Part shown: one piece after another, positions 1 to 13,598 of the stretch
Position numbering within the stretch: position 1 is the first letter of the stretch
How the letters are laid out: every line of letters begins with the position of its first letter
NCBI GenBank assembly: GCA_023213395.1
Contig: CM041465.1
Location: 217,627,741 to 217,691,740, forward strand
DNA: 64,000 bases
Direction: 5' to 3'
Source of the DNA: Cycas panzhihuaensis
Lineage: Eukaryota > Plantae > Cycadophyta
The notes under the pieces: model-generated
Told to the model about the DNA's origin: nothing
The model's input: only the letters and a program-made list of their open reading frames with translations
Database searches by the model: none
Translations under genes and position numbers: made by a program

Positions 1-3000
1 ATTTTCCAATTTGTTTTCTTTAAAAAGAAATCATAAAATAAATTAGAAAACTAAAAAAATCTATAAAATAATAAATATCCAAAAAAAATTACAAAACTAA
101 AAATAATAAAAATATTTTTTTGGCTCCAAGTTAAACCCAAACTATTTTATCCTTGAAGGGAACTCACTGAAGAGGATAAACTATGATGACAACCCTAGCT
201 TTGAGATGATCTCAAACAACTCCTCCTCTAAAGAGCACTCATTGATAAGGTTAAACTAGAATAATAACCTTTGGCTTCTAAGCCCAAGCCCTTGGCAACT
301 AAGACAATACCTCAAACACTTAAGATTACTCTGAAAATAGTCACTAACCAACATAAATTATGGTAAATTTCTCATGTTTATTTAGGTTTCATCATGCCTT
401 CTGAGATTGTCATGGTATATTATACTACAAAACTAATATCCATCCTATTTAACATACCTATGAAGTTCTTACCTATAGGGTTAAACTAGGGGCAACATTC
501 TATAAACACATACTAAATAGGCTAAACTATGGCAAATTACCTTCCTATATCACTTCTATAAGAACAACAATAGTCTATATAGAGCATTGTTAATAGCATT
601 AACTATCTTGTAGTCTACACCTAAAAAGGTTCTACTACTGAGAGGGCAAGTGTTTCTTGTAGCTCAAGAAGTCCAAAGTCATCCTAACATAGTTAAGTAA
701 AGGTACGTACTTCTTATCTTACATTTCAATTTAAATTTAATTTTATATAAGTATGTACTAATATTTTTATGTTATCTTGGTGAATGGATGCATGTGTATT
801 CCATTGATGATGAGTTTGATCATGGTTAATGGTAAAATAAGTTATCCACCCAAGCTTGATGGATTACAAAATGACTTCTAAGTACCTTTATAGATGTTTT
901 TGCCTTTTTTCATCATTTGTTTACAACATCTTTTTACTTGTTTTGCTCTATTGATTTTTTTTTTTTTTGATAAACCTCTTAATTTTTTAAGTTTTTCCCT
1001 CCATCATGCTAAGTTTTCTATTTATCTTACTCTTTTATCAAATCATCCCATGGCAAAAATTATCTATCTCACTATAATTCTTATTTATGGTTTCTTAATG
1101 GTACTACAAAGTTTGAAACTATGTGGTACCATTAAGAACTTCATAAGATGACTTTTTATGAGTTCAAATAAAATTGACCTATAGTTGGTCACATATTTAT
1201 GGCATTTAAATATGCACCTTATAATAAAAGAGCTTATTCCTATGGGTTAGCCATGGTCTTACTTTAAAACCATGGGAATTAATGCTTTAGCATTAATTTA
1301 GCATCAAAACCATGGATAATTTACCCATTATTTTGGTCCATAACTTTTTGACAAACTATGAGCCCAAAATAATGGATCTTTCACTTTCTTTTTCGTTATA
1401 AACATCCATCCTATTTTATTAAATGAGGAGGCCTAAATCTTATAGTGTTATGTTATTAGAATACTACTAAAAACTCTATAAACTTCCACTAACCTTTCAC
1501 ACTTACTTATTAGCTTACATATTTTGTTTGGAGATTAGAGTCATTTCACTATTGGAAGCCTCTATAATTAAAGTTACATGCCATGAGTATTCATCTTTAG
1601 TTGAGAATTGGGATAACACCCCTCGCCCTACCCCTTATTATCCATTTTCACTTCTAATTATTGCTTGATTTTTAATCTTTTAATTATTTAATACTTTATC
1701 ACTTGCTTTCTTTTTTATATACCTCATATGATTTGCTCTTCTCTTAGTTGGGAGTGGCTTACAGGAAGAAAGGATCCCAAGTAGTATCCATTGAGTTTAG
1801 AATGTGGTGGCAATACTATTGCTTCTGAGACTTCATTTACTACATCTTGTTGTTGGCTTCAAATTGCTACTTTTATTTCAATTTGTAGTCTTTTTTTTTA
1901 ATTATTAAACTTTTGATATTTTCTTGCACATGCTAACTTAATAGTTGGTGGACTATTTTAACTCACTTTCTTATAGGTTAGAGCCTTAAAAAAAGTTAGA
2001 AAGTCCTTCTCACTTTTCCACCCATCCCACAAATTGTTAGTGCCTATTATACAATAGAAGTACTACCCAAATTCCTCCAATGTTATAAAAAATATATGAT
2101 CTCTAAGGTTCATTTAAAACTTATTTTTGTGCATTTCAAGTTTTAGTATAAGACTTTTTTCATCATAGGTTAATTTGATAATTATAAATATAGCTTAATG
2201 TTCTCTAGAAATTATGAATATATGCATGTCATTAACCTTGATTATTTCTTCTTTAGTGAATAGATGTTATGAGGATTTGCATTTCCAATAAAAAGGTTTG
2301 ATAAGAAATTTAGAGTAAAACTCTAGGCACCCTCGTTCAAACACCCTTTCATAGACTTCTTTTCTAAAAAGAAAAAGACCTAAAGTTCATTTCAGTTCCA
2401 AAATTTATTTTGAAACAAAAGAAAAAAAGATAACAAACACTTATTTGTGTGCTTGTTATACTTGTTTTTTTCTTTTACTTTGTATATAATTAACTTCTCT
2501 TAATAAAAAGAAAAAAAAGAGCTTTAATATAATAAAAGAAAAATAGAGAATAATGAATTTTCATTATCATATTACATTGTATTCAACTTGTATTTGTGAA
2601 CTTAGCAAATACTTCATGGAGTGGAGATTTACATTTATAACAATTCTTTGAATTCGTTAGGCTAAAAGAATTTTTCTAAACTGGTTTTATTAGTGTTTTC
2701 CATTTAACTAAAAGAGCATGTTAGATGTATTATAGGTTTAATTGCTTGCCTCTTGTAGTCCTCTTTTAGGATAGGGTCATTCTTATACTAAAGAGTAGGG
2801 ACCACTATATTTCTACTTAGGTTTTATCACCTTATGAGAGAGGTGATATTGTTCCTTTAGGTGGATTGATTAATTCGTATTTTAAATAGTCTTGTACAGG
2901 GAATCTATCTCTACTACATGCTCATTTATAGGGTGTTGATAGTTCGATGAACTTTATTTATCTTATTGAGAGTGGTGACATCTTCTATTTTACCTCTTAG

Positions 3001-3300
3001 AGCTTAGGATTCATTAGAGTTAGATGTACATAGTATTAGGTTACTCCGCACTTATTGTGAGATTAGCTATTGGTATTGACAAGTCCCCACCATCTCATCC
3101 ATGAGAAAATAACATCCTATGATCCTAACTTCTTTAGGGCCCTTATCTTAGTTAGTCTCTTCCTATATTTCTACATTGAATATATCATTTTAGGATTATT
3201 TAGGAGTTTAGGTTAGGATAGATAAGTTTACCTTAGATGGGATAGTTATGTTATTTTAGGCACATAGATATAATTACATTTGAGATGCATGCACCTTGGT
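1..3300 (+). mobile_element. Decayed Tat-like gypsy 3' region plus probable LTR part (remnant X)
   Basis: Colinear inverted homology to 7300-8328 plus 11319-13600 (e.g. 151-185 CCTTGAAGGGAACTCACTGAAGAGGATAAACTATG vs reverse complement of 13412-13447). Carries the same CATAGTTT motif (as reverse complement) as the Tat elements elsewhere in the window. Family call is inferred; no coding domain seen. Confidence 0.5.
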
Positions 3301-3714
3301 AGCACCCTTGCATTCTATGGGCCTTTTTTATTAGGTGTCATTTGGACCCTATAAGGGTACTTATTATTAGATAGATCAATTTTATATCCATTCTTTTAGT
3401 TGGTTAGTAGTTTATCTTTGCTCTATTTTCTTTTGTCATGGTTTCTCATGTGTTTTCCTACATCTCTTGCTTATTAGTTAATAATTTATTGCTTTCTTTT
3501 AGTTCTTTCCCCTCTTTTTTCCCCTTGGCATTTGTACACGCCTATACATTCCTCCCTAGTCTATAATTCTTTTCCTTTAATTCTCATACTTATGCCCACA
3601 TGATACATGAGTACCCTGTAGGAGCCATAAGTTTGTTCCCCTCTTGACTTAGGCCCCCTTCAACCTTTAAGTCCATTATTAAGTTGTGTATTTATACCTC
3701 CCCTTCTATACGAT

Positions 3715-4772
3715 GATATTCATAAGCTTGTTAGGAACCCCATGGGAATAAGATTAAAGCTTATTGCTGAAGAAGATACCTATCCAAGTGATAGAACACT
3801 CTATAGGCAACTACTTAATAGCCTAATCTATTTGATCACAACTAGGACATTTATTTCATTTGTAGTTAGATTGGTATATAAATTTATAATAACACCAAAG
3901 TAATGTCACTCATTAATTGCAAAGTAAATTCTTAGATACTTTCACAAAATGTTATAATATGGATTATAGTTTATTTATAACAACAACTTTAAGTTAGTTA
4001 GATTTACTTATGCAGATTGGGTTAGTCATGCCAATAGTAGAAGATCAACATCTAGTTATTGGTTCAATCTTATTTTAGCATCTATGACATGGAGCAACAA
4101 GAAGCATCTAAATGTCACACTCTCTTCAACTAAAGTGAAATACAAATCTATAATTGTAGCAACTACCAAAGTAATCTAGCTTATATAGATTCTTAGTGAT
4201 ATGGGTCTTCACTAAGAGGATACAACAACTCTATACTATAACAATTATAGTACTTTAAAGTTGGTCAAAAATCATGTGTTTCACGTTCATACCAAGCATA
4301 ATGAATTACATCATCACTTTCATAAAAGACCAAGTCTAAAAAGGTGAAATTATGTTATTTTATAAGCCTAGAAATGAATAGTTAATGGGCATCTTTACTA
4401 AACCACTTTGACAAGACAAGTTCCAAAAACTTAGAAAAGAGTTGAGCAAAAAAGCTAAATATAAATATTAAGGGAGGTGTTAAATTATTTGTTGTATAAT
4501 ATGTATTAATGTTTATGTTAGATATCTAACCTAATATATGTGAATACTTATATAATTAGTTGAGTTCACTTCTCATGAACCTCACACATGTGTATGCAAT
4601 TGTAAGGTAGTTATACATGATATACCTATTTATTATGTATTCATATTAATTATTTATTTATATCATTATTGAATTTATTAATAATATAAAAATATAAGGG
4701 TAGACTAATTCTACTTAGAATACTTATTATACTATCTTAATAATCTGCTCCTACACATTCTGATTTTCAACA
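3715..4772 (+). mobile_element. Ty1/copia 3' fragment: RT C-terminus, RNase H, PPT and 3' LTR
   Basis: Decayed translation YRQLLNSLIYLITTR, FTYADWVSHANSRRSTSSY, WSNKKHLNVTLSSTKVKY, HVFHVHTKH, GIFTKPL. PPT AAGGGAGG directly before TGTTAA at 4478; likely LTR end TTCAACA at 4772. Confidence 0.85.
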
Positions 4773-5987
4773 TGTTATTTAGCATGATAGACTCTTCTTA
4801 CCCACCTTGGTAGAGGAATGTATAAAATCAGTCCATAGTTTGATCAATTCATCAATTCACCAAATATCTAGATGTAGTGCACTAAGGTTGATGATATTTT
4901 GAAGCTATAAAATCACCCCTATAAATTAATTACAAATTAAGTCTCATAATTATAAATTTAAGCTAAATATAGCACAATTTTAAGTTAGACATAACATGCC
5001 AAGATTGTGAAGAGTGTATATAAAATCACTTCTATGAATTAATTATAGATAAACTCAAATCAATAAAATTACTATTCTAAATTTGCCATTTCAACATTAG
5101 GATGTCACTAGTCAATGCATATATTAGAATGGTGACTTATTTTTTAGTATGATTTATTTTTCCTAAGGTGCTTAACACATTAAATTCAATTAGATTTTAG
5201 TTTTACTAGCCCATATTTGTTAACCAGAGATCACATAGGACATTGTATGTGATCAAATGTTCAAGCTTGAAGGGGCTAAAATCCTCTTTATTTTTAAAGT
5301 TTAATCTTTTTATAGAGAAAAGTTTGGTTGTAACTTCTTCTATAAGTATCAAAAGTTAATTCCATCTTAACCATTAGATTCCTAGCTTAAAGATCTTTGA
5401 AATAAGCAATCATAGAAGCATATTTTAGTAATATTTATTAGAGAAATTTCTATTTAAGGTTATATAAAATATTTTAGGGACTAACAATCTATGTAGTTTG
5501 AGCCATTTGAGATGGCTAATAACATATAGTTTGCCCTAGAACATTTTAAGAATTTAAAAAATAAAAGTAAATAATTTTGTATAAAATTGAGGACATCTAG
5601 TCAGAAAAAAGACCTAGAAAAAAAAAAGTTAGAAAAGAATTAGCGAGAGATAAGAAGTAAGTAGAGTGTAATTATATGGGAATCAAATTCCAAAAAGAAA
5701 TATTTTAACACTATGTTTTAGATAATAATCAACTTATGTAGGAGAAGTATGAACCCATTGATGAGCAATCAAAAGAGGATCATATTGTAGAAGAACTTGA
5801 GGAGCCATATAAAGAAGAATCTAAGTAGCTTGAGGAAGAATCTATATAACTCAGTGAATCCAAGAAAGTACTAGATACTATTCCTAATCCTATTTTGCAT
5901 ATGTCTATTTCCTTTGACATTTTTATTGTTCCTCTTGATTTTCCTCATTACAATACTTTAAAATGCCCTCCAACATATGTCCAAAAA

Positions 5988-6153
5988 TATTCCATAACTA
6001 AATTTCTTAAATTCTAACATTTTGTAGGATAAATTTTGGTTCCACTTTAATCACATCATCTAGGCCACAATATTCCATAACCAAATTTCTTAATTTCTAA
6101 TATCTTATAGTATAAATTTTGGTTCCACTTTAATCCCATCATCTAGGTCATAA
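5988..6153. repeat. 83-bp tandem duplication (2 copies)
   Basis: TATTCCATAAC...TAAATTTTGGTTCCACTTTAATC(A/C)CATCATCTAGG at 5988 and again at 6071. Confidence 0.9.
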
Positions 6154-6779
6154 TATCAACCCAATTCCATCCCTTTGGAAGCCTTCTTCTATACCCATCC
6201 TAAGACTATCATTAAAACCCCTTTTCCATAAAGAGTGTTTAACACTAATCTTGAATCCACCCCTTCTAAGATCTTTAGTTGTCTAACCCAACTCTTACTC
6301 ATTATAATACATACTCTAGTTTGTACCCTTTATCAATTCAATTTCTCAATCATACGTACCTCTTAATTTCCAATGTCCCTACTTCCCACACATATAAAGT
6401 GTTTATCGATCCCCTTATTAATCCTAATTTTCCCCTCATTATTCAATATTCCCTACAATGTGCTTCATATTTTTAAAGAATACCTATTATGAAACCATCA
6501 TAACTATTCTTATCACCTTATTATTTATTCTCATCTATTCCAAAAAAGTCCTCCTTTCAAAGTCAACATGCCATGGATAAAATATATAAATAGAAAATAT
6601 GTTTTCAACTAAGTACCATCAATAGTACATAATTCCTAAGATAGTTTTTATTAAAGAAGGAATATGAAATTCATTTAGTACCAAACATAAATAGTTGTAT
6701 ATATATAGGTCACATATCATTTATTTATAAAAGATGGAATATGGATGAACTAAATTGTTATGATATATAAATCTTAAAA

Positions 6780-6890
6780 GGTGGTAGATTTAAGACCAAG
6801 TAGAAGGGGGTTCCAAGTAATTCCTTATGCAATGTTTATACTTCAAGCCCAAAGTATATTAAGGGGAGGGGAGTTGTTACAATCTAAAGC
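6780..6890 (+). mobile_element. Possible gypsy 3' end: polypurine tract followed by LTR start
   Basis: AAGGGGAGGGGAG immediately followed by TTGTTAC at ~6861-6880; no clear coding domain upstream. Confidence 0.35.
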
Positions 6891-8328
6891 ATAAACCATA
6901 GGAGGGGAGGATGAACAACCTAACTTCAAACCTAAAGGATGAAAGAGATCTAAGATAGGACAGGTATAGACATACACCTCCTATATGACACCTATGCATC
7001 TTAAGGACATAGGTGTCAGGATAAAAGATGATTGTGTTCTAGGCTAAAAGGAGTAACATATAAGTATATGCAATATGCCAAAATAGGAAAAGAGTAATAA
7101 CTCAAAAGAAATCATATAAATATCTATTTAATCAAATATATAATATAAGAAAGAAAATGAAGAAGTGATGTATGGAAATAATTAAGTAAATTGTTAGCTA
7201 ACTAAAATGCATAGAGATAAAATCAATCTACCTATTAGCAAGTGTTCTTGGAAGGATCAAATAATAATAATAAAGGCTCTTAAAGTGTGAGGATGTTATT
7301 GGAGTAATGTACTCAAATTATAATCACTTTAATATACATATCTTAACCTAAACTCCTAAATGGTCTTAAATAACAAATTCAATCTAAAAGAAAAATGAAG
7401 TAATTGATCAAAGTGAGAGCTCTAAAGGATTTAAGACTATATAATATATTTGCTCACAGATAAGATGGTGGGAGCTTGTTAATATAAATGAGTAATCTTA
7501 CATAAGTATAAGACAACCTAATGGTCCCTGCTCTAAATCCAATACACCTCCTACTCTATGAGATGAATGAGAAGAGATCACTACTCTCAATAGGACTAAT
7601 GGAGCTCATTCAACTATCAACACCTTACATATTAGCACATGGTAGAGATAGGCACCCCTTACTACCCTATTAGAAATACAAATTATAAGACTGACTTTGC
7701 TTAAAGGTATCAGCCCACATTTCTCATTTAGTGATAAAATCTAAGTAGAAAGATAATAGACCCTCTTTTTAGTAGAAGGAAGACCTTAACCTTAAATAAG
7801 ATTAGAAGAAGCACAAAACAGGTTATCATGCAGCTAGAATGATTTTTGAATTTAATGAAAATAATAAACAATCTAACCTAGAATAAATCTCTTGACCTTG
7901 CAGATTTAAGGATTCACAAAAAATGTGAATTCTTCACTTCATTATGGCCCTGACAAAGTGCACTCAAACAAGCAAACATGCAATAAAAAAATGAAATAAA
8001 GTAAATTCTTTTATTTTCCTTTTTCTTTAATTATTTTTTAATGCTCTTTTGGCTTGTAATTTAAGTTGTTTGCATGAAAGGGAAAGAGAGGAATAGGCAA
8101 ACATGAAAAACATGTAAGTAATAAATTTCTTTCTCTCTTTTCCTTCAAATGCAATTAAAAAATTGAAATGAACTTAAAATCTTTGCTTTTGTTTTTCTTT
8201 AAAGGACAAAAACTAGAAAGAAAGGTTCAAAGAGAAAAAACTATTTTTAACAAATCCTTTATTTTTATAGTTTTAGTCTCTCATTTCTTCCATTTAAAAT
8301 TCTCCTCAAAGTGAGATCTTCCAAAGGG

Positions 8329-11318
8329 TAATAAACCATATTATGATGTAATTTTAAGGATAAAAAAGAATCAAACAATCAATAAAATAAAAGACAAATA
8401 TTAGGTATAATTAGTCTACCATTAAAATATTTTCATTCATTAAGAATGAATCTCCATAATCCATATAATACAACCTTTATTCTAATATATAAATGGAATC
8501 AATGACAATCTAAAATAGGACTCATAACTACCCTGGTACATGTCATAGGTCCATTTAAGACTTTCATAAATCCAATGACACTTTTCATCAACCTTGATGA
8601 CTCATTACTAATTTATCTACATATAAATATTAATTCTAATAATCCTCTTTAATGTTCATATGATCAAGTGAATTTATTAGACTAGCCTACTAGCAAATTA
8701 ATTATATCAAGTCTCATCCTTAATTTATGTTTTCCCTCTATATTGGAAAACTAAGCTTGTTTAATGGTCTTTAACTACCATTTAAAAAAAATTATAGGTG
8801 GAATGACCTCATACTACATCTCTAGCTATGTTTCCTAAGCATCTTCAAATTCCTCCTTACTCTCATCTTCTTTTTCCTCAGTTGGATTAGTCTTTATCTC
8901 GATAATTTGCTAACTTAAAGAATTAGATTTAGGTTATTCCTTAATTTGATTTCATTTGTCTTTCCAAATCTTCCAGGTGTCTAGATCTTGGTCTTGATCT
9001 ACAACCTACTTATTACTCTTTGAAGATGACATTTGTAACTTATTTATCAAATTCTTTAAAGATAACATCCTAAGTTATATGAACCTTTCTAGTTACTAAC
9101 TTGTATACATAATATGCTTTACTCTCTTTGTTGTACCCAATGAGGATGCCTTTGGAGCTTTTATTATCAATTTTTTTATGTTTCTCTTTAGGAACATGTA
9201 TGTATATTATGCTTCTAAAGATTCTAAGATGGTTAACTATAAATTTATGTCTTAACCATGCCTCTTTAGGTGTTTTATTCCTTACAACTTTAGTCACACT
9301 CCTATTTGTTAGGTATGTTGTTATACAAATAACATGTACCCAAAAGATATCTACGAGGTTCTTTACCTTCATCAACAACTAACCTTTTTAACCAATGTCT
9401 TATTCATCCTCTTAGTTATATTATTTTATCAAGGAGTATATACAATCGTCAATTATTTCTTTATATCATGGTCCTTGCAAAACCAAACAAGGGTATTAGA
9501 GGTAAATTCAGCCATATTATCTAATCACAGTATCTTAATCCTTTATTTGTTTTTATTCTCCACTTTCACTTTAAACTCCTTAAACGTCTCAAGTGTTTAA
9601 GACCTCTTCTTTAAAGGATAAACCCAAACCTTCCTTAAAATATCATCAACAAAGGTCAAGAAATATCTTATACCTCTAAGCAAAGCAGTTGGCGTAGGAC
9701 CACAAATATTTAAGTGTATAAGGCTTAGTTTTTTAGTTGTCCTCCAAGTCTTATGTTTCAAAAATCTTTCCTTATGTTGCTTCCCATTGATATAGGGTTC
9801 CTAGATGGCCTTTTCTTCCTTGAACTTTGGGAGAACATGTACCATATTTAACTTTTTCATCAACTAAAATCCAGGGAAGTGTAGATATTCTAATCTTTCA
9901 TGCCATAATTAAATCTTATTTAATATACCTATAGTTAAATATGCTCTTTACTTTACAGATTTACCTAAGAGCTTATAAAGAGGATTTTCTCTCACACCTT
10001 TTGTGACTATTTTCCCTTCATGATCACTAATAATTAGCTTCCCACCTTTAAAAAGAACACTCATTCTATTGTTCTCTATTTAATTAATAGAAATTAAATT
10101 CTTCTTCAATAGGAGCATGTATAAAACATTATCTATATAATAACTATCACAGTTTGGAGTTATAATTAGAACCTTCCCTATGCCTTTGATAGTTAAAATG
10201 TTATTGTCTCCTAAAGATATAATATATATTATTGCTTCCCATATGTTCTTGAACTAATTAAACTTGCCTATCATATGTTTGGAAGCACCTAAATCTATAT
10301 ACTAGACATAATTTTGCCCTTATTTGATGTACTATCACACTATATTCATCAATTGTAATCTATAAATTATTTCTATCTTGCTGACTATCCTACAATAGTC
10401 AACAATATTTCCTTATATAACCTAGTTTCTTATAATAATGGTAAGTCCTTTGGGGCAGTCTATTTCAGTGGGGATACAAGTATATTCCACTCATTTTAAT
10501 GTTAAAAGGTAACATAAAAATCCAATAGTCATAAGAAAATAATGGGTGTTAAATAGCCCTTAAACATGGTACAATGGGATCCTTGGTCACTATGGAAAGT
10601 GCTAGTAAAATATTAAAAAACATTAGTCACCATGCATGGAGCCAAAACTTTGTCATATGACTATACTTATCATGTAGTAAATGAAAAAATAAAAAATAAA
10701 AGTGTACTTTATTTTTATAAAAAATATGAATACTTCATAACAACCCCAAATCAAAAAATTCCTTTATGGGCTAGCTCTACAACACAGAACATGGCTACAC
10801 CACATGAGCCCCATATAAATAAATCACTAATATGAGTGTCTCTTTTTTTTAATTCAAAGATACTAATAACCTCATAGACTAATAATTGATTCCATAACAA
10901 AATTAGTAAAATTTTAAACTCATCAAACTATAGAAGTTTCATCCATAAAATCATACTTGTTTGCATATATCACTAGTCGAAGAATTGATCAATAACCTGT
11001 GATAAACCTACTATGATGTTAGATGTGATTTTAAGAATCGAAAGGAACCAAATATTCAACAAAATAGAAGATATATATTAGGTAGAATTAATCTATTATT
11101 TTATAGTTTTCATTCATTAAAAATGAATCCCTGTTATCCATACAAAACAACCTTTGGTCTAATATACAAATGAGATTAGTAATGGTCTAAAATAGGACTC
11201 ATAACTACCTTGACATATGTCATAGGTCCATTAAGAACTTTCATAACTCCAATGACACTTGTCATTAACCTTGATGACTTGTTGCTATTTTGTTTACATA
11301 TGAATATTAATTCTAACA
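8329..11318 (-). mobile_element. Ty1/copia element C, internally deleted, two ~315-bp LTRs
   Basis: Direct repeats ~8329-8641 and ~11000-11318 (shared TCTAAAATAGGACTCATAACTACC...ATATTAATTCTAA(T/C)A). PPT reverse complement ATCCTCTTT at 8642. TSD and PBS not recognisable. Confidence 0.85.
8800..10445 (-). pseudogene. Copia C gag zinc knuckle, protease, GAG-pre-integrase and integrase remnant
   Basis: YHYYKKLGYIRKYC (knuckle), YIDLGASKHMIG (protease), LWHERL, IHLNICGP, and ORF 9070-9378 with FWVHVICITTYLTNRS..KTPKEAW..HLRIF..KGILIGY..KAYYVY. Confidence 0.9.
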
Positions 11319-13564
11319 ATTAAAAGCATATGCTTATGAATAAAAATTCTAAAGAAAATCTAGCAATACTTCTACTTGCCAAATTGACTTATGATAGAAA
11401 ACAAATTTAAAACTATTATCAAAGCCACCAAAAAAATGATTTAAAATATACTTGATAAAATCATACATTTTTGTGATGGTGGAATAATACAAATAACATT
11501 TTAGCTATGTAATAGGCACTTTTAAATTGGTGAGAAGAATACAAAAAGGATGTCATGATTCCAACTTGCATGTAGCTCCCCACCTACATAAAATCACCTT
11601 GTTTTTCTTCTCCACCTATAAACTAGTGCATGTAATAGAAAACAAGAAGCTCTAATGTTCAATATAACTAATAAAATTTGTAAATTAAAGTGAATAATAT
11701 TTTAAAATGAGAAAGGAAGCCTAAGAAATAATGGTGTTGCCACCAAATTTAGAACTCAACTTATGATACTTGGCTTTCTTTCCTTGTAAGACACTTTTAC
11801 ACTAGTAAAATAAAATAAACAAGGTAGTTAAAAGTGAAATCAAACATTCAAGCATATAAGAGAGATTAATAGAGAACTAAAATCAAACACAAATTAGAAT
11901 AGACTAAAATACAAATAGTATAAGGGGGTCTTACCTTAATTTCTAGCCAATATGAGATACATATGGCATATAACTCCAATCTTAGGTACCTATAACAATA
12001 ATTTATCCCTAGTTTCCACTCCAAAAGTGGAAGATAAATGAAATATGTAAGTGAGTAAGGAATCTACATAAATTTTAGCAACATTTTGGCATCGTAATAC
12101 TATAATTTTTTCCCTCCCTCCCCATGTGAAAATGGGGTATATTTATGGATGTTACAAACTACTGGGTGAGGAAGTATTTAGGCCCATGTTTTAAAATAAA
12201 CTATAAGCCAATACCATGGGAAAATTTCCCATGGATTTAGTCTAATAAAAATAGAAATGGCATTAAATACACCTCTTTAGGAAGAAGAAAATTAGATCCC
12301 CTTGAGATTTTTAAGACTACATAAGTTAGAAACATTGTTCAGCATATTTATTATGTTTTGAAATATGTAATTTTCTTTTTTCATTCATAGACTATCATCC
12401 TGCAAAGTTCTCCATAGTACTATGAAGCTATATTTTGTGATACCCTAATGAAATTTATAGTGTTATGAAGTTACCTTAAGATAGAATAGGATACAAGACA
12501 AACATGTTTCAACATAGGATGATTTAAAATCAAAGTTTAACGGGCATGTATCATAGTAGGATATGGAAAAATATATATATATAACAAAATGATTTTGATT
12601 AAAAAAGCATCTTAAAGAGTGAAATATGTAAGTAATCACTACGAATGGAAGTAAAAGAAGGGTAAGAAGCACCTATGAAGCTACTAAAAGGCTTTTATAT
12701 AGTTCATTGAGCTCAATGGATAAACGTTTGGAGCCACTAACCATGGTCAAAATCATCACAAGCTATTAACATATACACCCATTCACCAAAATAATAGGCA
12801 AATATTAGTATGTACTTATAAAAGAGCTAAACTAAACTAAAACTAAGATGAAATATAAGAAGCATATACCTTCACTTACTTGCTAGTGTAAGATGAGTGT
12901 AAACTTCTTAAATTGTGAAAAATATTTACCTCCTTTAAAGCAAATCTCTTCAGACATAAGTTATAAGATAGTGAATATTATCAATGATGCCTTGTAAAAA
13001 CCATTAACATGCTTATAAAAGTGATAACGGAAGGCAATTTACCATAGTTTAGCCTCTTTAATAAGTATTCAGAGAATTTTACCCCTAGTTTAACCTCATC
13101 AACAAGAACTTAAAAAGTGTGTTGAATAAGGTAGAGATTACGCATATGGTATAATTCAATGATAAAGAGCTTAGAGTCCATGGAAAAACCTATATGAATA
13201 TAGATGGGTCACCATAGTTTATCCTCTTTAATGACTATTTTTGAAGTAATCATAGGCACCTTAAGGGTTACCTTAATGGCTAGTTGGGTTAGGTTCATAA
13301 GCTAAGAGTTTTTGGACTCAAAATCTATGTTATCATCCTAGTTTAGCCTCTTTAATGAGTGCTTCTCAAGCAAGGAGTTGTTTGGGCTCATCTTAGAGTC
13401 AAGGATATCAGCATAGTTTAACCTCTTTAATGAGTGCCCCTTAAAGGTAAGAATTTTTAGGTTCTACTTGGAACCAAAGGGTAATATTTTGATTATTTTT
13501 AGTTTTATAATTTTTTTTAGATTATTGTGATTTATAGATTTTTTTTTCTAGGAATTTTTATTTC

Positions 13565-13567
<3 letters not shown>

Positions 13568-13595
<28 letters not shown>
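13568..13595. repeat. (TA)n microsatellite
   Basis: Direct reading. Confidence 0.95.

Positions 13596-13598
<3 letters not shown>

Noticed and set aside
160-210. Hammerhead ribozyme (CTGAAGAG...AAAC resembles the CUGANGA/GAAA core)
   Set aside because: The position needing G12 is mostly T, there is no room for stem II, and no stem III partner or GUH site is found in the arrays. A CG-rich ancestor (YCGANGAG) explains the variants equally well.
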